A stretch of DNA of 64,000 nucleotides from assembly GCF_048593235.1 (NCBI RefSeq), contig NC_133622.1, forward strand, positions 31,558,001-31,622,000, read 5' to 3'. Below are positions 50,495 to 64,000 of the stretch, one piece after another. The stretch comes from Sminthopsis crassicaudata (Eukaryota). Made by a program: the position numbers and the translations under genes. The notes under the pieces were generated by a model. That model saw only the letters and a list, made by a program, of their open reading frames with translations. It made no database searches and was not told where the DNA came from. Numbering within the stretch: the first letter of the stretch is position 1; every line of letters starts with the position of its first letter.

Positions 50495-50935
50495 TCCAGG
50501 AATAAGCAGATTATAGACCCACTGTAGTCTACCCTTCTCAGGCCAGATCTGGAGTTCAGTTCTGGGTGCCATATTTTAGGACAAATTGGAGAACATCCAG
50601 AGGAGCCAGGCTGGGAGAGGGTCTCAAGATCATGGGCTTAGTTAAGAATAAACAGGGGAAGAAATAGTCTGGTTCTACTTGGTCCTAATGATCAGAATAA
50701 GAAAGAATTGGACGTTTCAGTGGTTGGATCTTAAAACAATATCAGTTTAGGCTTGATATTTGGAAAAATATCTAATAACTAGTGCTTTTCTTCCATGAAA
50801 TTCTGCCTTGAGAAAGAGAGCGTTTCTGTTTCCTGGAAGCCTTCAAACAAAGCCTAAATAACTGTCAGCTATGCTGTAATGAGGATTTCCTGTTTGGGTC
50901 TTAGTTGGACCAGATGAGTTCTAAGGTTCCGAGTT
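50495..50935 (+). mobile_element. CR1/L3 LINE 3' fragment
   Basis: tcagttctgggtgccatattttaggacaaattggagaacatccagagg...gttggaccagatgagttctaaggttcc. Confidence 0.6.
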
Positions 50936-51040
50936 TGATTCCATAATTCGATGGGTTTTTCGATATTTGAATGTTTTGCGTCGCCATATTCTTTGGTTAT
51001 TAGGTTTTATTTTGGTTTTTGTCTGCTTTCCTTTTTACAG

Positions 51041-51259
51041 GTAGATGAAAAAGTCAGCGTGAATGGAGAAACTTTTAATGGCGTAGAAGAAGAAAAAGAA
51101 AGAGAGTGTACAACAGCAACATTTTCCCCCTCGTTAACTAGATCACAGAGATTTGAAGGTGTGGCCAGAGTGGATGATTCCCCAGTGGAACTGAAGCAGG
51201 ACACTAGTAGCATTGAGATCAGTATAAAGAAGACAAACTCCCTCAACAGAGAATTGACA
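51041..51259 (+). CDS. LIMCH1: LIMCH1 exon [12 protein letters not shown]...[17 protein letters not shown]
   Basis: ctttttacAG acceptor, GTAAGG donor; 219 nt, phase 0-0. Confidence 0.95.
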
Positions 51260-53399
51260 GTAAGGAAAAGCTAACATTTATTATTATGCGTAAGATCTCT
51301 CTGTTTTTAAGTCAGCCACTAAAAAGGAGAATTCTGTAGAAATTGATTTCAATTTTTTTTTTATGATTTAAGTTAAAAGACCATATAATATAGTTTATGG
51401 ATGACTTAATGGTGTATTTAAATGGTGTCCTTGCTTGACCTAATTACGTGGTCTCACTTTTGCTTCTCATTTACATTGCTGAGGTCTCCAAAATTGGTTT
51501 AAAAAAAAAAAAAAGAGGTATGAACTAAAAAAAATTTTGTTTACTCCTGTTTTTATTTATATGTGTCTATACATGCATGTATATGTGTGCACATGCATAC
51601 ACTTACATGTGCATATAGGTGTACAGATCCATTTGTGCATGCACATGCATTGTGTTATGTGTACATATGCACATAACCTTGAGGAAGTTGCAATAATTTG
51701 ATTTTTAATATATGCCAGTAGCCAAGTGGTATATCAAACCTGTAGATGTATAACCAAAAAAAAAAAAAAAGCAAAGAAAGGAAAAAAAAAAAAAAGGTAT
51801 TCTCACTTGGAAAAAAATTAATTGGAAAGAAGGAGGTCAGTGAAAAATCTTCAATGTAAACAGAGCTGATATAATATTAACCCACTGATCCAACTTCAAA
51901 AAGAAATGACCAGATTAGAGTATTTCAGTGTTCTGTTGCTATATAAATTTTCTCTGTGGAAAACATCTAATATGTAATCATAATGTGTGACCCCTTAAAA
52001 TTATTTAGAGCAGAAGGTAATATCTTCATAAATAAGAGAAGCTTATATTACTGATGGCAAACCTTTGAAAGGCAAAAATGTGACTAAAATCCAGAATTCA
52101 TTAAAAACAGCAAGAAAAGAATTCCAGAGAAGGGGCTGAGAGTTTGCTCCTTTGAAGTGGGAAAAGTTATTATAAATATATAGGGAGTTTTGAAATTGAA
52201 CAGCTCTCCCACTCACTAGAGAGGAGTTTTTCTTTGTTTTACTGAACAAAACGTTGACTTTGCAGATAGAATACATCTTTGAAAAGGATAAATTTGACCT
52301 TTTTTCCAACGCACTTATCCCAAAAACATCAGTGGAAATTTTGCAGTTTAAGTTTACTGTCTTTAGATTTTTAGAATGAGTCTCTTAGGAGTGTGATGGT
52401 AGCAACTTTTTCATTCTTTTCTCCAACAGCTGCTGCTTTGTTTTTTAAAATCAGCATATTGGAAATATGAATTCTGACTCCTAAATTACAAGTTTGAAAG
52501 CTAGGTCACTATTTGTGTAACACGAATGTAACACATTTCCTATTCCTAAATAGGAATAATTTGCTATTATTAGTGAATTTGACTTTTCAAGAGTAAAACC
52601 AGGCTTTTTATCCCTTCCCTGAGGTAGTTAGGGAGACTGTAAGTCTACCCTGCCCCATCCAAGCCCTGTGGAGACAGAGAAGCAGACTCATGGCCTAAAA
52701 TAATTTCCTCACCATGGCAACTCTTTGCCTTGTCTCCAGCAAGACAGCTTTATCATCAAGGCAGGTGTCAATCCTTCCAGTGTGGCAGTTGGTTTTATTG
52801 GCTGCTCACCTGAAGGGGTTTATAAATTATCTTTATTACATGGCACACCACCTGAAGTTTAGAGTTTCTTTGCTAGAATAAACACCAGCTGGTGCTCATT
52901 AAATTCACTGCCCAAAGATCAGGCATTTTTCTTTGTACTCATTCTAAATATTTCTTTCCATTGTCTCATTGTCTTTTTGCTCCAATTATTTCTGATGAAT
53001 GGATGAAATACCTTGCTCTATCTGTACCAGACAGCCCGATGAATTACAGTGTTTCTCCCGTACCATACTGTGAATTACCTCAAACCTGGCTGCTTCTGAT
53101 TTAGGATACAGAGCTGATTTCATCATGGGAATATCTCTTCAGGTTTTTTGTTTGCTTGTTAGCTCTCCAACCATTTTGGTGTTTGAGTTTGCACCATCCA
53201 TTCTTGTCTTATCTAGGCAGAAAACTCTGTCCCTGTCTATGATCTGGCTTGTGATATTTATCCCTTGTGACAGTAATACATTCTTGACAGGGCAGAATTT
53301 AAAGTAGGGAATAAAAGGACCCAGCCTTTAATCTGATTCGGATTAAACTACTGGTGCAGATTGCTTAGTGTTTGTATTTTTGGTTTTAAGCTGGATACA

Positions 53400-53600
53400 A
53401 CCAGGAGTTAGGAAACCTGAGGTCAAATCTGACCTCAGACCCTTTCTAATTATGTGACTCCAAGCAAGTCACTTAACTGTGTTTGCCTCAGTTTCCTCAT
53501 GTGTAAAACGAGCTTGAAAAGGAGGGCAAATGACTCCAGTATCTTTGTCAAGAAAGCCTCAAATGGGATTACACAGCATCACAACTGAAGCAACAAAAAG
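53400..53600 (+). mobile_element. Mar1-like SINE, diverged
   Basis: CORE plus actccagtatctttgtcaagaaa...aaatggg tail. Confidence 0.65.
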
Positions 53601-53938
53601 CTAAAGCCAATTGGAGTATGCTTTATTTGGCACTAATATGGTGAATCCCTGGAAACAAGGGGCTACCAGACTCCCTTGGTGAGAAGGGGAGGAAACCAGA
53701 CCAAGTAAGAAAAAAAGAGTAAAGTAAAGCTACCGTGCTGCTTAAAAGTAAAGCTGGTTCTATGAGTGCCTGATGCTCTTGCAGTTGGGATGAGACATGG
53801 ANNNNNNNNNNNNNNNNNNNNNNNNNNNNNNNNNNNNNNNNNNNNNNNNNNNNNNNNNNNNNNNNNNNNNNNNNNNNNNNNNNNNNNNNNNNNNNNNNNN
53901 NNNNNNNNNNNNNNNNNNNNNNNNNNNNNNNNNNNNNN

Positions 53939-54062
53939 CATCTATCCATTTCTACCCATCCATCCTTCTATCAATGTATTTATCTTTCTATCTTTCTATC
54001 TATATAACTTATCATCCATCCATCTATGTATCTATCCATCCACCCATCCATTTATCTATGTG
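53939..54062. repeat. (TATC/CATC)n tetranucleotide region beside a gap
   Basis: Read directly. Confidence 0.85.
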
Positions 54063-57000
54063 TCTTTATCTAAACTATATGGGATAAAGCATTTAGATCC
54101 TATAATAGGAGGAATTTATTGGCTTTTAAAAATTAATATTAAAAAGCATTCTTAAAAACTATTCATATTCTAAGTAGCAAATTGCTAGTTGGTTGTACAT
54201 TGTTAGTTTGGGGTTTTTTCCTTTTTTTTTTTTATAAAAAAAATAAGACAACTCAGAATTATTGTTCTCTCTGTAATCCCATCTAAAATATGGAAATATT
54301 TTGCCCACAAAACATTTATTGAGTCGTCTCAGACTCTTTGTGACCCAAGGGTTCATAGTATCCATGAGTTTTTCTTCTTTACTGGATTAAGGTAAATGAA
54401 GATTAAATGACTGCCTAAAGTCACAAAGTATCTGAAGCCAGATTTTAACTCAGTTCTTCCTGATTCCAGGCCTACAACTCTATTTACTAAGCCATCCAAA
54501 ACCTTTTTAAAGTTGAATCTTAATTCTGTTTTGGTATAATGGGGTTTTGCTCCTTGGAATAGGATATTTNNNNNNNNNNNNNNNNNNNNNNNNNNNNNNN
54601 NNNNNNNNNNNNNNNNNNNNNNNNNNNNNNNNNNNNNNNNNNNNNNNNNNNNNNNNNNNNNNNNNNNNNNNNNNNNNNNNNNNNNNNNNNNNNNNNNNNN
54701 NNNNNNNNNNNNNNNNNNNNNNNNNNNNNNNNNNNNNNNNNNNGTGGTTTTCTTTTAACTATATGGTCCAAGTTATAGCCTAGCCTCCAGCTAGAGCTCT
54801 AAAACTGTAATAAGACCAAAGATTCTAGTTTTGTATCGAATCAAGAAATAACCTAGAGACATCCCTAGCCCAGATGGACCCTCAAGGAGTCTGGGAAATT
54901 CTGGAACAAACCCAGATATGGCACAGGGACTTGAACATGAGGAGAAACTCCTTGCCAAACTGTCTAGCCTTATTCTTACAACTGTACACTCTTGAGTTAA
55001 GCATCCCATTAATAGTGTATAACTTACCTCATTAGCTTTACCTAACCACATTTAGCTGGAATTTAGAAATCCAAAGAACATAGAATTAGAACAGAAGTTA
55101 GGTGTTATACCATAATGAAGTTTGGGTTTTCACTAAAATGTTTTAAAATTCAAGTTTTACTATTGACGTACTAAGTATTCTACTGGGGAAATTTTTAGCT
55201 CTAGCAAAAACATTATATTAAGGAAGTTTTTCCATAGCGAACTGACTTCGAATTTTCTTTCATTCTGTGTCGCTCCAAGGAAAACATTCTCTTGGCTGCG
55301 TTTCATTCTTGCAGCAATTACATTTCTATCACGGAGACAAAATTATTTTGTTCTGAGGACCAACAAAAAAAAGCTTATGTAGCAGAATAAGGTGACTAAC
55401 AATGGAAGACCCAACTTCAGTGCCTCTGGGGGAATGAAATTAGCTCCAGGCTTATTTCTATTTTTGACCCATTTGTCCAGTTCTGTATGATTCTCAAAAG
55501 AATAGTGTTCTCTTCTTCAAATAGTGTCTTTCATCCTAAAATGCTTTTCCAAGGCATCCTACAGAGGAGTCATCTCACCCACCACCAAATTGTCATAATT
55601 CCTCAGGAGTGAACGACATCTGTACAAATGGCCTCCTTCATCAGTGGGCAGACAAGATTGTGAAGTCAGAAAGTGGCGAGTAACCTCAGCCAGATCACAA
55701 ATTTCTCCACTTGGAAGCAACTTTGCAGCACATATATTCCAATTATCCTGGGCACAATTCATTTCAGTCCCCCTCTTTTTCATCTGAAATCCCTTCTTTC
55801 TTGATCTGTGAACCTACAACTCTGATCAGAGTCTCTGAACACATCTGTTTCACTGGGAACTCTCATACAGTTGTTAACTGTACCACTTTGGGGCAACTCC
55901 ATTTGCTCAAAAAATGTGCCTTATATCGAGTGAAATTTGCCTCCATGTTTTTTCCCCCCTCAGGTCCCCTAATAGACATTTGTAAAAATCCAGTATGGAG
56001 CAGACAAGTTGGGATATTTCCCTAGTGTCTTATGGCACTGAGTTTCCTATGCTTCTTTCATAAACTACTGTGGAATATTGAATTAGTTTAATTTTTCCTG
56101 CTCTTTTTTCTTTTTTTCTATTCATTTTTTTCCTACCCCTTTGGTATGGAGGAGAAATAGTAATATTCCCATTCACAGACAAGTCCCAAATTAAATTGAT
56201 AAGCATGACTTTAAATTAATATAGCTTGATCTACTAATGCTAAAAGATTATATATTGTGAGCCTCTCAGTTCAACTCCATTCACTTCAATAATTATTAAA
56301 AGGAAAACACCATGGCAAGCACAGCTGAGAGCAAATTGATTAAAATCTCAGGAACTGGTTGAATATTTACTAGGAAAATATACTCACAATAGAAGTGTCA
56401 AACATGAAAGTGGCCTGAACCTGAGGAAAATGTCATTGAGAAATTTTAACAAAATAAAATATAATAAAACATAAGTAATATTACATTTCAAAACTAAATC
56501 TATCTGCAGCCTTCAGGGTATCTTTATCATTAATCCCTTATATATGAATTAGTGAATACTTTTCTATTTTAACACTGACTTTAAATTATTCCATCAATAA
56601 GCACCAATAAGTTTTTATTAAATGCCCTCTACTGTTTTTGGTGCTATGGGAAATGGGAAAGAAAAAATAGACCAGACGGTCTTTGCCTTTAAATATAAGC
56701 TCGCTGCAATTGGGGGGAATGTTATGAAACAAGTTGTGTGGACAAATAGCTATCCAAAGACTTCTAGGACTAATAATCTAGCGTTTTTAAAGTGGGGAAA
56801 GTGATCAATCAATATGATATAAGAAATGATAAGATGTAACATGATTTAATAATTTAAATTTTGCAAAGTACTTTATAAGTATTACAGGATGGATGAGAGT
56901 AGAATGGTTGAGGTTCAATGATAGAAGGAAAAATTTAGACCATCCCTTTGATTGTACTTTAGTTGAGAGGAGGGGGCGTTGTTGTACACAACTGGGGGGT

Positions 57001-60000
57001 ACATTTTCCTTATCTCCGAGGTACCTTGAGATCTTCAGCATTAACTGCAACCCATATGTACAATTTGGCAACTGTGTTAAACACTGAATATGTGACAAGT
57101 ACTCTGTAAAGCCCTAGGAGCCCATACAAAGATAAGAAATATCTTGGGAGGGCAGAGGAGGAGGAATGGAACACACATAATTATAGAACAAATTAAGAGC
57201 TTAAGAGAGGACAAGGAGATATCCAAATGTGATTTCACTAATAAACTTCAGGAATGGAATGGACTCCTTCTGCCAAAGCAGACTGGCAACTCCTCTGTAA
57301 CTTAGAGTCTTCTAGCATGTCTTGGGCTGAGAAATTGGGGTTTCCTCCTGGGTAACGTAGCCCAGAGCTGTAGGAAACAGGACTTTTTACCCAGATCTGT
57401 CATTTCTCCACAACACTATGCTGTCTCTCTAACTTAAGTTTTTATAGAACTTGGAGGTTCATCAAACACTTTCCCACAACGTCCCTCGAGGTCGGACAAA
57501 TATTATTTCTCCCATTTTACAGATGAAGAGTCTGAAATTCCGGGAAGTGACTTCTCTCTGAACAAAGAGCTAATGATGTCTGACTTGGGATCCAAATCTA
57601 GGGCTTCTGACTCCAAACCCAAACTCTGATTTATTATGAGTTTTTAGTTTTATTAGTAGTTTAGTCGTTTTATTAGTATTTAGTTTTTAGTATTTTGTAG
57701 TTTTGTTAGTATTTCGTTTTATGTTAGAATCTGAGCTGTAGATCCTAAAGGCATTCAAGATCTCAACATGACATCAAAAGTATGATAAGATATCAGACAG
57801 CTTGTTTGTGGGGTGAGAAAATATTCTCAGGAGTGGGAGACATACGAAACCATAAAAGCTGGCTGAAATTTAATGGTTATCAACAGAAAGCCAGCATCCC
57901 CCAATTTCATTTTATGGAACCATGAGATTAGAAAGAATTTTGAGATCACCTGGTCTGTCTGCCATTCTCCTTTGGCAAATGAAGAAACAGAGAGGGTATT
58001 GGTTTGTCACACAGCAAATGAACAGCAGCCATTAGAACAGTGTCCAGACTTCCTGACTCCCCGCTCATTGCTCTTCCCACTCCATAAACCCGGCTCCACA
58101 AGCCATGTCTATTTCTTAATAGATCTCTGAAATTGTACCTTTTGTGAGTAAATGTTTGCTTGGCACAGGGATAAAAGGGCAATTAGAGTAAAGACAGAAG
58201 CAGTAATTGGCATTTGCCAACATGCCCATTAAGAAAGACTGTCATTTGATCTAAATAGACAGCTCCCAGAAATAATTTGGTCTGACTGTTAGAATCCCCA
58301 GCTAGAAAGGACTTTAATAAGTCACTTCATCCCTCTTCTTGTTTCATACTTAGTGTCACAACTGTCTGAGATGGATTTTAAAATCTTATTTTTATGGAGA
58401 TCTTTTGTTTTTATAATATTTCCATCAAAACATCCCTTGTAAAAATAGAGAATAATAGAAGAAAATAGAGAAATAATCATAATAGAAGAATAATAATAAA
58501 TAGAAGAAAAATAGAGAAAAACAGAAGGGGAGGAAAAAAAGCAGTTCAAATCAACATATCAATCTTGTTTGACAATATATACAATATTCCACATCCATAG
58601 TTTCTTGCCCTGCAAAGAAGGGAGGGATAAGTCTATTTTTCAATTCCTTTCCTTGGCCAAGATTGATCACAATGAAAGTGGTTTATTTTTATGTTTTAAG
58701 AACTAAGTCTATCCCGCAAACTCACTTATACTCATTCTCATTGGCCAGTTGTAACTATGATGATAGTTTGACTTCTGTCTTAAGGGATGGGGATGGGGCA
58801 GAAAAGGGCAGGGAGTGATATTTCAAAAGAATTACCACAATAAAAAGCCCAATAAGGTAACAGGGTGTAGTGAAAATAACTCTGGCTTTATAGGTAGAGA
58901 TCCTGCATTCAAATTCTGCTTCTCACATTTACTACCTAGATAAATAATTTCCTCCATTTTTTTATCTGTAAAAAAGAAGCACATTGGACTATGTGGCCTT
59001 TTGGACCTCTTTCAGCTTTAAATCTGTGATCCAGCTAACCAATTAATATAAAATCTTCAATTTCTATAGAGGCTTAAGATTTGCAGAACACTTTCCCCAC
59101 AGCAAAGTTGTTAGATAGGTGTTGCAAGTATTATTATCCCTGTTTTCCAGTTATGAAAACGGAGGCATTTTAACTAAATTTCACATCCTTTTTTCTCATA
59201 TTATCTACCATGCTTCCCCAAACAGGTAAAATCAGCATAACTTATAGTAATGACTGTCTGTGCTAAGCCTGGGCCTACCTTGTAGATCTTTGTAAAAGGA
59301 AATTTCTGGGAATTGACAAGAAGAAGGAAAAAATATAAATCTTGAGATTTATTGAGAACTTACGGGAAGCTATTATATATAACATTTAATAATTCAAAAT
59401 AAAGTAATAAAAATGGAATGAATTTAGGTTTTTCAGGATTTTACCCTTTTGAAAATAAACAAATTTCATACAAATAGGGTGGGTTAATTGTATTTTTTCC
59501 AGAAAGACTTTCCTTCCCTTAAATATCTAAATATCCCCCCCTTAAATACCTTTTATCATAAAAGATTTTCTTTAGCTTTTTTTTTTTGTTTTTCCTATTG
59601 TTCATTATTTTTCGTTCCATGACTTCCTCTTGCTTACCTCAACTCCCCAGACTCCTACCCACTGACCTCCCCAGCAGTCCCTCCTTCTCTTATTGTGACC
59701 AGCCTTATGCCAACTAGTCCCAAATAACCTTCTCCCACTCCCTGCTGGCAAGCTCCTTCCCACCAGCTTCATTGCTCCTCTCCCTCTTTTAATTTCACAT
59801 TTAGCAAATGTCAAACAATTTTTTGGTGCCTAAAATGCTCCATTTCTACCTCCTCAACAAAATTAACCAGGCTAAAGCTAGATGTAATATTTTCCCACCC
59901 TGATGAAGGTATAGGAATTCTACTTCGTAATTCAATAACTCGGTAACTTTTCCTTCCAGCAGTCCTGGAAATGTATAATCAGATGGCTGTTGAAACATTG

Positions 60001-60373
60001 CTCGTTGTATTGAAGGCTTTTGCAAAGGAGCTGGGACCAATTGCAAATTCCTTTTCAAAAACAGATTTCAGCAAAAGCCTTTTAGAAAACATGTTTATGT
60101 TCTTTTCAAATGTAATTGTGGGGATGTTGCATTTAGCCAGTTCTGTTTATACGCAACTTCTGGCTTTCTGTCTAATTATGACTATACACACACGTTTATG
60201 GAATGGTCTTGGCTGCAAAGGGGATCCTAGCCAGAGGTTACTGACATTTAACACATAGGAGGTCTGTCACTTCTGGGTCTCCTGGGCTATTACACCTTCA
60301 TCCTTCTAGATAAAATGTGAGGTGTACAGTGCTGAGGAGAGAAGTAGTTTAAGATCCCCAGTTATGGTGGTAG

Positions 60374-60614
60374 AGTCATTTTTCAACAATGTTCGATTCT
60401 TTGTGACCCCATTTGGGGTTTTCTTGGCAAGGATACTAAAGTGGTTTGCCATTTCCTTCTCCAGCTCATTTTACATATGAATAAACTGAGGCAAACAGGG
60501 TTAAGTGACTTGTCCAGCATCACACAGTAAGTATCTGAAATCACATTTGAACTCAGGACTGTGAGTCTTAGACTTTAGACTCAGTGCTCTATGCATTAAG
60601 GTACCATCTGGCTG
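60374..60614 (-). mobile_element. Mar1-like SINE
   Basis: gtgaccccatttggggttttcttggcaaggatactaaagtggtttgccatttccttctcc. Confidence 0.8.
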
Positions 60615-61129
60615 CTAGTTACTGTCTAAAACCAAATTCGAATGCAGAACTACCTGGTTCCAAGCCTGATGCTCTGCTATTTTCCTTGTTGTTTTTTTCC
60701 TTAGATTTTATTATTTTTTAAAATATATAATAGCTTTTTATTTTTCAAAATACATGCAAAGATGGCCCTCAACACTTACCCCTGCAAAACTCTGTGGCTT
60801 CATTATTTTCAGCCAAATAACTGCCAAAAAGCTAGGCTATCGACTTAGTTTGAAAATCATGAATTCTGTAAATAATTAGGTATACTTACTTGGGCCATGG
60901 AAATTCTCCAAACCCTGCATTTAGAACTCTTTGTGTAGTCATATTTCAGGATAGGCTTGGCCAGTTTAGGAAAACTACTGGGACCTGACCCTTTTCCATA
61001 TGTAGCTTAGGTGGTTTTGTGCCTAGAGTGAAAAGGACATGGGAATAAAGTAGCTTAGAAGGAATGGGAAGCAGAAAGCAAGTCAAGCATTTTTCATTAT
61101 TACTAATAGAATTACTAATAGAAGGTATC

Positions 61130-61325
61130 AGTGCAGCTAGATGCTGCAGTAGATAGAACACTAGGTCTGGAATCAAGAAGATTCATCTTCCTGAGTTCAA
61201 GTCCTGCCTCAGATACTTACTAGTGTGTGATCCCAGGCAAATTACCTTACCTTGCTTGCCTTAGTTTCCTCATCTATCAAATGAGCTGGATGAAGAATTG
61301 GACACAATTAAAATGACTCAACAAC
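61130..61325 (+). mobile_element. Mar1/MIR-like SINE with internal deletion
   Basis: tRNA-like head, CORE ttagtttcctcatctatcaaatgag, short RTE-like end. Confidence 0.65.
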
Positions 61326-63774
61326 AATGATCACTAAGAACAAGAAGACAGAGTCCCTGTTCTTGAAGAGCTTATGCTATAAGTGGGGATGACAGCAGAT
61401 CAAAGCCAGCTGCAAAGCAGAAAGCAAAAGGCAGGGATGAGAGGTGTTAGGACATAGTGAAGGAAGGATGTCGGGAATGGAGCCCAGTGGTCTTTCCTTA
61501 CAACTTCTTTCAGGAAGAAATAATCAGAGGAAGAGGTCCTGTGGGTGGAGATTGCTTTCAGGGTGAGAAGGATAATGGATAAGGCAGCTTTCAAAGCCTA
61601 AAAGGAAATCGTGGAAAAGGGAAGTCTGTAAAGGTAGTAGCAGGACACAGAAATGAAGGAAGGAAGAAGGGGAACTGTGTGAACTAGGTTTCCAAAAACC
61701 TGGGATTCTAGATTTCAGACTTCCTCTCTAATGATCCATCCTTTTGGATGCATGGAACTACTTGGGGTTTGGGAATACGATAGCATATAGTGCCACAATA
61801 TATAAAATATTAAAGTGTTTTGAAAGTGATAATGTAGTTAAAGAAGAATTTGATGTTGTATATTTGTTTTTAAAAAAAAGATAAATTCCAAATCAAATAA
61901 GAATACTTTTTTTTTTTCTTTGCAACTCGATTTACAGTAGATTTGTAGGTGTACTGCATTTTTAAAAGGTTTAAAAATGAATCCTTTTCACATGTTGATG
62001 AGGTTTGCTGGTGCATATTGAAGGTCTTTTTGTGCTTATTTGTGGTGACTAGAAACAATCATACTCTCAGGAATGTAATTCAGCCATCTGGCATGGCATA
62101 TTGGCGTTTCCCAGAATCAAATAACTTTTATAATTTAGTCCATTTGTGTAGAAATTACAAAAAAAAATTAGCATTCTGCCAGTACTATCCAACAGGACAA
62201 TGTGACTGTCATTTTTGCCATTATGAGATGCATAGTCTTCTGCATTCTCAAAATTCAACTCATTCCTCAGTTGATTTTAATGTTCTAATAACTGTGTCAA
62301 ATTATTCTCTTTATAAAAACTAAAAAGCAAATCTATGTTAGAAGTATTCATTATAACGCCAGAAACTTTGACCCATTCAATTCTTCAATAAACTTCTCAA
62401 AATTATGTAAGCCCAGAAAACTACTTGTTTAAAGACAAACTAGGAAACTGAAAATGTATATGAGATGAAATGTCATGTACAGTTTTATCTAATGTTTTCA
62501 AAAGTACTTATTATTCTTTATCATTGTGGTCTTTCAGAATAAGTATAGGGTTGCCATTATTTCCTGACCCTTTATAAAAAAAATTATATTTTATCTCTAA
62601 ATCTACCATTTAGATTGTTCATATCCAAGAGCTGAGGGCTTTTATATAATGAATACTTTTAAGTTTAAAATTTTTCATTAAAAATATAACTTACAAAATA
62701 AAATATAAAATAAGTAAAAATATAAGGCCATTCATATTTTTAAAAAACTATTTGAACACAGACTTTGGAGGAAAAAGTTATAATTGTAAAAGGCGTAAAT
62801 TTAATTTGTAAAAAGCCTAAACAATTAGTTTGTTTTTAGAACATGTAAAAAGAACAACCACGTTTAGCCATGTAATAGCAGAGGTTTTTTTGCTGTTGGA
62901 AAATATGCTAACAATAACATATTAATTTTAGTTATCCTAGGATAGGTTATCATGTTTTTCATATGTGTTGAGATTCAAGTATACACAAAGTACTCTGCCA
63001 AGTTCATCAGAGAATAAAATGATGTACAAAATGTCTTCCCTGCCTTCAAATAGTTTACAATCCATCTTGTATATAAAACACTTATTCTTAATGCAGTGAT
63101 AAGTGCCATCTAAATGCTACAAGTTAACATACAGAGGAAAGAAAGAATCATAGAGGAATGCAACATGATTGGAGAAGGCAACATTGAAGAGATGATCCTT
63201 GGGATGGGCCCTGAGTGCTGGGCAGGCTTTGATAATCAAAGATTAGGGAGGATTTCTAGACAAACAGGATGGTGTAAGCACAGGTATGGACACAAAGAAA
63301 CCCAGTGGATCTTAGAGGAACAGGAAGTTTAGGAGTTTTTGCATGGGAGTAATGGAAGGTAAAGTTGGAAAGGCAGATGGAAGCTAGATAGAGAGCCTTG
63401 ATTGCAGATTTTTTAAACATAATGCTTTATAAATATTCACATGATAACATCCTGTGAGATAGTTTGGCTTGGAAAGAGATTAAGGTTAGGGAGTCAAGTT
63501 AGGAAGCTAGTAGTCCAGTAGTTGATAATGAGTTTTAGAGAGAGTCTACTTTTTTTAAAAAGATCAAAAGGGCAACAAATTAGTTCTTCAGCTCTATCTT
63601 TTAAAGAAAATTTTCTTTCTTACAGACTTCCACCACTGAGGAAGCCGATCTACCCCCTCAAAAGGATGAGACTGATGGTGGACAAGAAGAAAGTGGGAGT
63701 ACAGAACATGACTCAGGTTTGTTCCATGGCATGCAATTTTGATGTCATTTTAATAGGCTTTTAATCCATAGTCT

Positions 63775-64000
63775 TTTTTTTTTTTCTTTAATTTTATTTT
63801 CTAGCACATAATGCTTTATGAATCATGTTGGGAGAAAAAATCAGAGAGAAAAACCATGAAAGAGACTTGAAAAAAACAACAAGAAAAATAAGTGAATATA
63901 TTCAGTCTCCTCAGTTCTTTCTCTAGATACAGATGGCATTTTCTGTCCAAAGTCTAGTGGGATTGATTGCTGAAAAGAACCAAGTCTTTCATATTTGATC
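63775..64000 (-). mobile_element. Marsupial L1 3' UTR fragment with poly(T)
   Basis: T-run then ...ttcagtctcc...gatggcattttctgtccaaagtcta...aagaaccaagtctttcatatttgatc. Confidence 0.6.

Larger units (their letters stand above)
183..51259 (+). other. LIMCH1: LIMCH1 gene body, partial (upstream CH-domain exons and downstream exons through the LIM domain lie outside the window)
   Basis: Exons with GT-AG boundaries join in consistent phase into ...[21 protein letters not shown]...[38 protein letters not shown]...KKDDMSARR...[17 protein letters not shown]...[16 protein letters not shown]..., which I recognise as LIMCH1 rather than its paralog LMO7. Confidence 0.97.

Noticed and set aside
51260-64000. 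Next LIMCH1 exon (human ...HFTTTVTRCSPTVAFVEF region)
   Set aside because: Not found by reading; probably beyond the window, though the gaps at 53802 and 54570 cannot be excluded

Overview
Eukaryotic genomic DNA: AT-rich, CpG-depleted, six N-gaps, and rich in marsupial-type CORE-SINEs (WSINE1-like and Mar1-like), which suggests a marsupial, probably a dasyurid. The window is the middle of a + strand LIMCH1 gene (LIM and calponin homology domains 1). I identified it by translating spliced exons by hand and comparing with remembered mammalian LIMCH1; no database search was run. I trace 19 coding segments from the end of the CH domain (183) to the exon ending at 51259, and the gene continues beyond both window edges. 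They include an internal alternative first exon (MDSEKRIQ), a 270-nt cassette exon, a six-exon block (27957-34072) matching the muscle-type insert, and a 36-nt microexon. Most notable: (1) a 1-nt deletion creating a stop in the first exon of the six-exon block; (2) a candidate frame-preserving 15-nt/6-nt microexon at 36481-36495; (3) a tandem duplication of the alternative start exon with both ATG and donor copies intact; (4) a perfect-Kozak split start codon GCCGCCAT|GTAAGT at 33602-33615; (5) a one-motif-per-exon KDDxxxR(R/K) modular architecture. Most short ORFs in the supplied track are intronic noise. No rRNA, tRNA or CRISPR features are supported.
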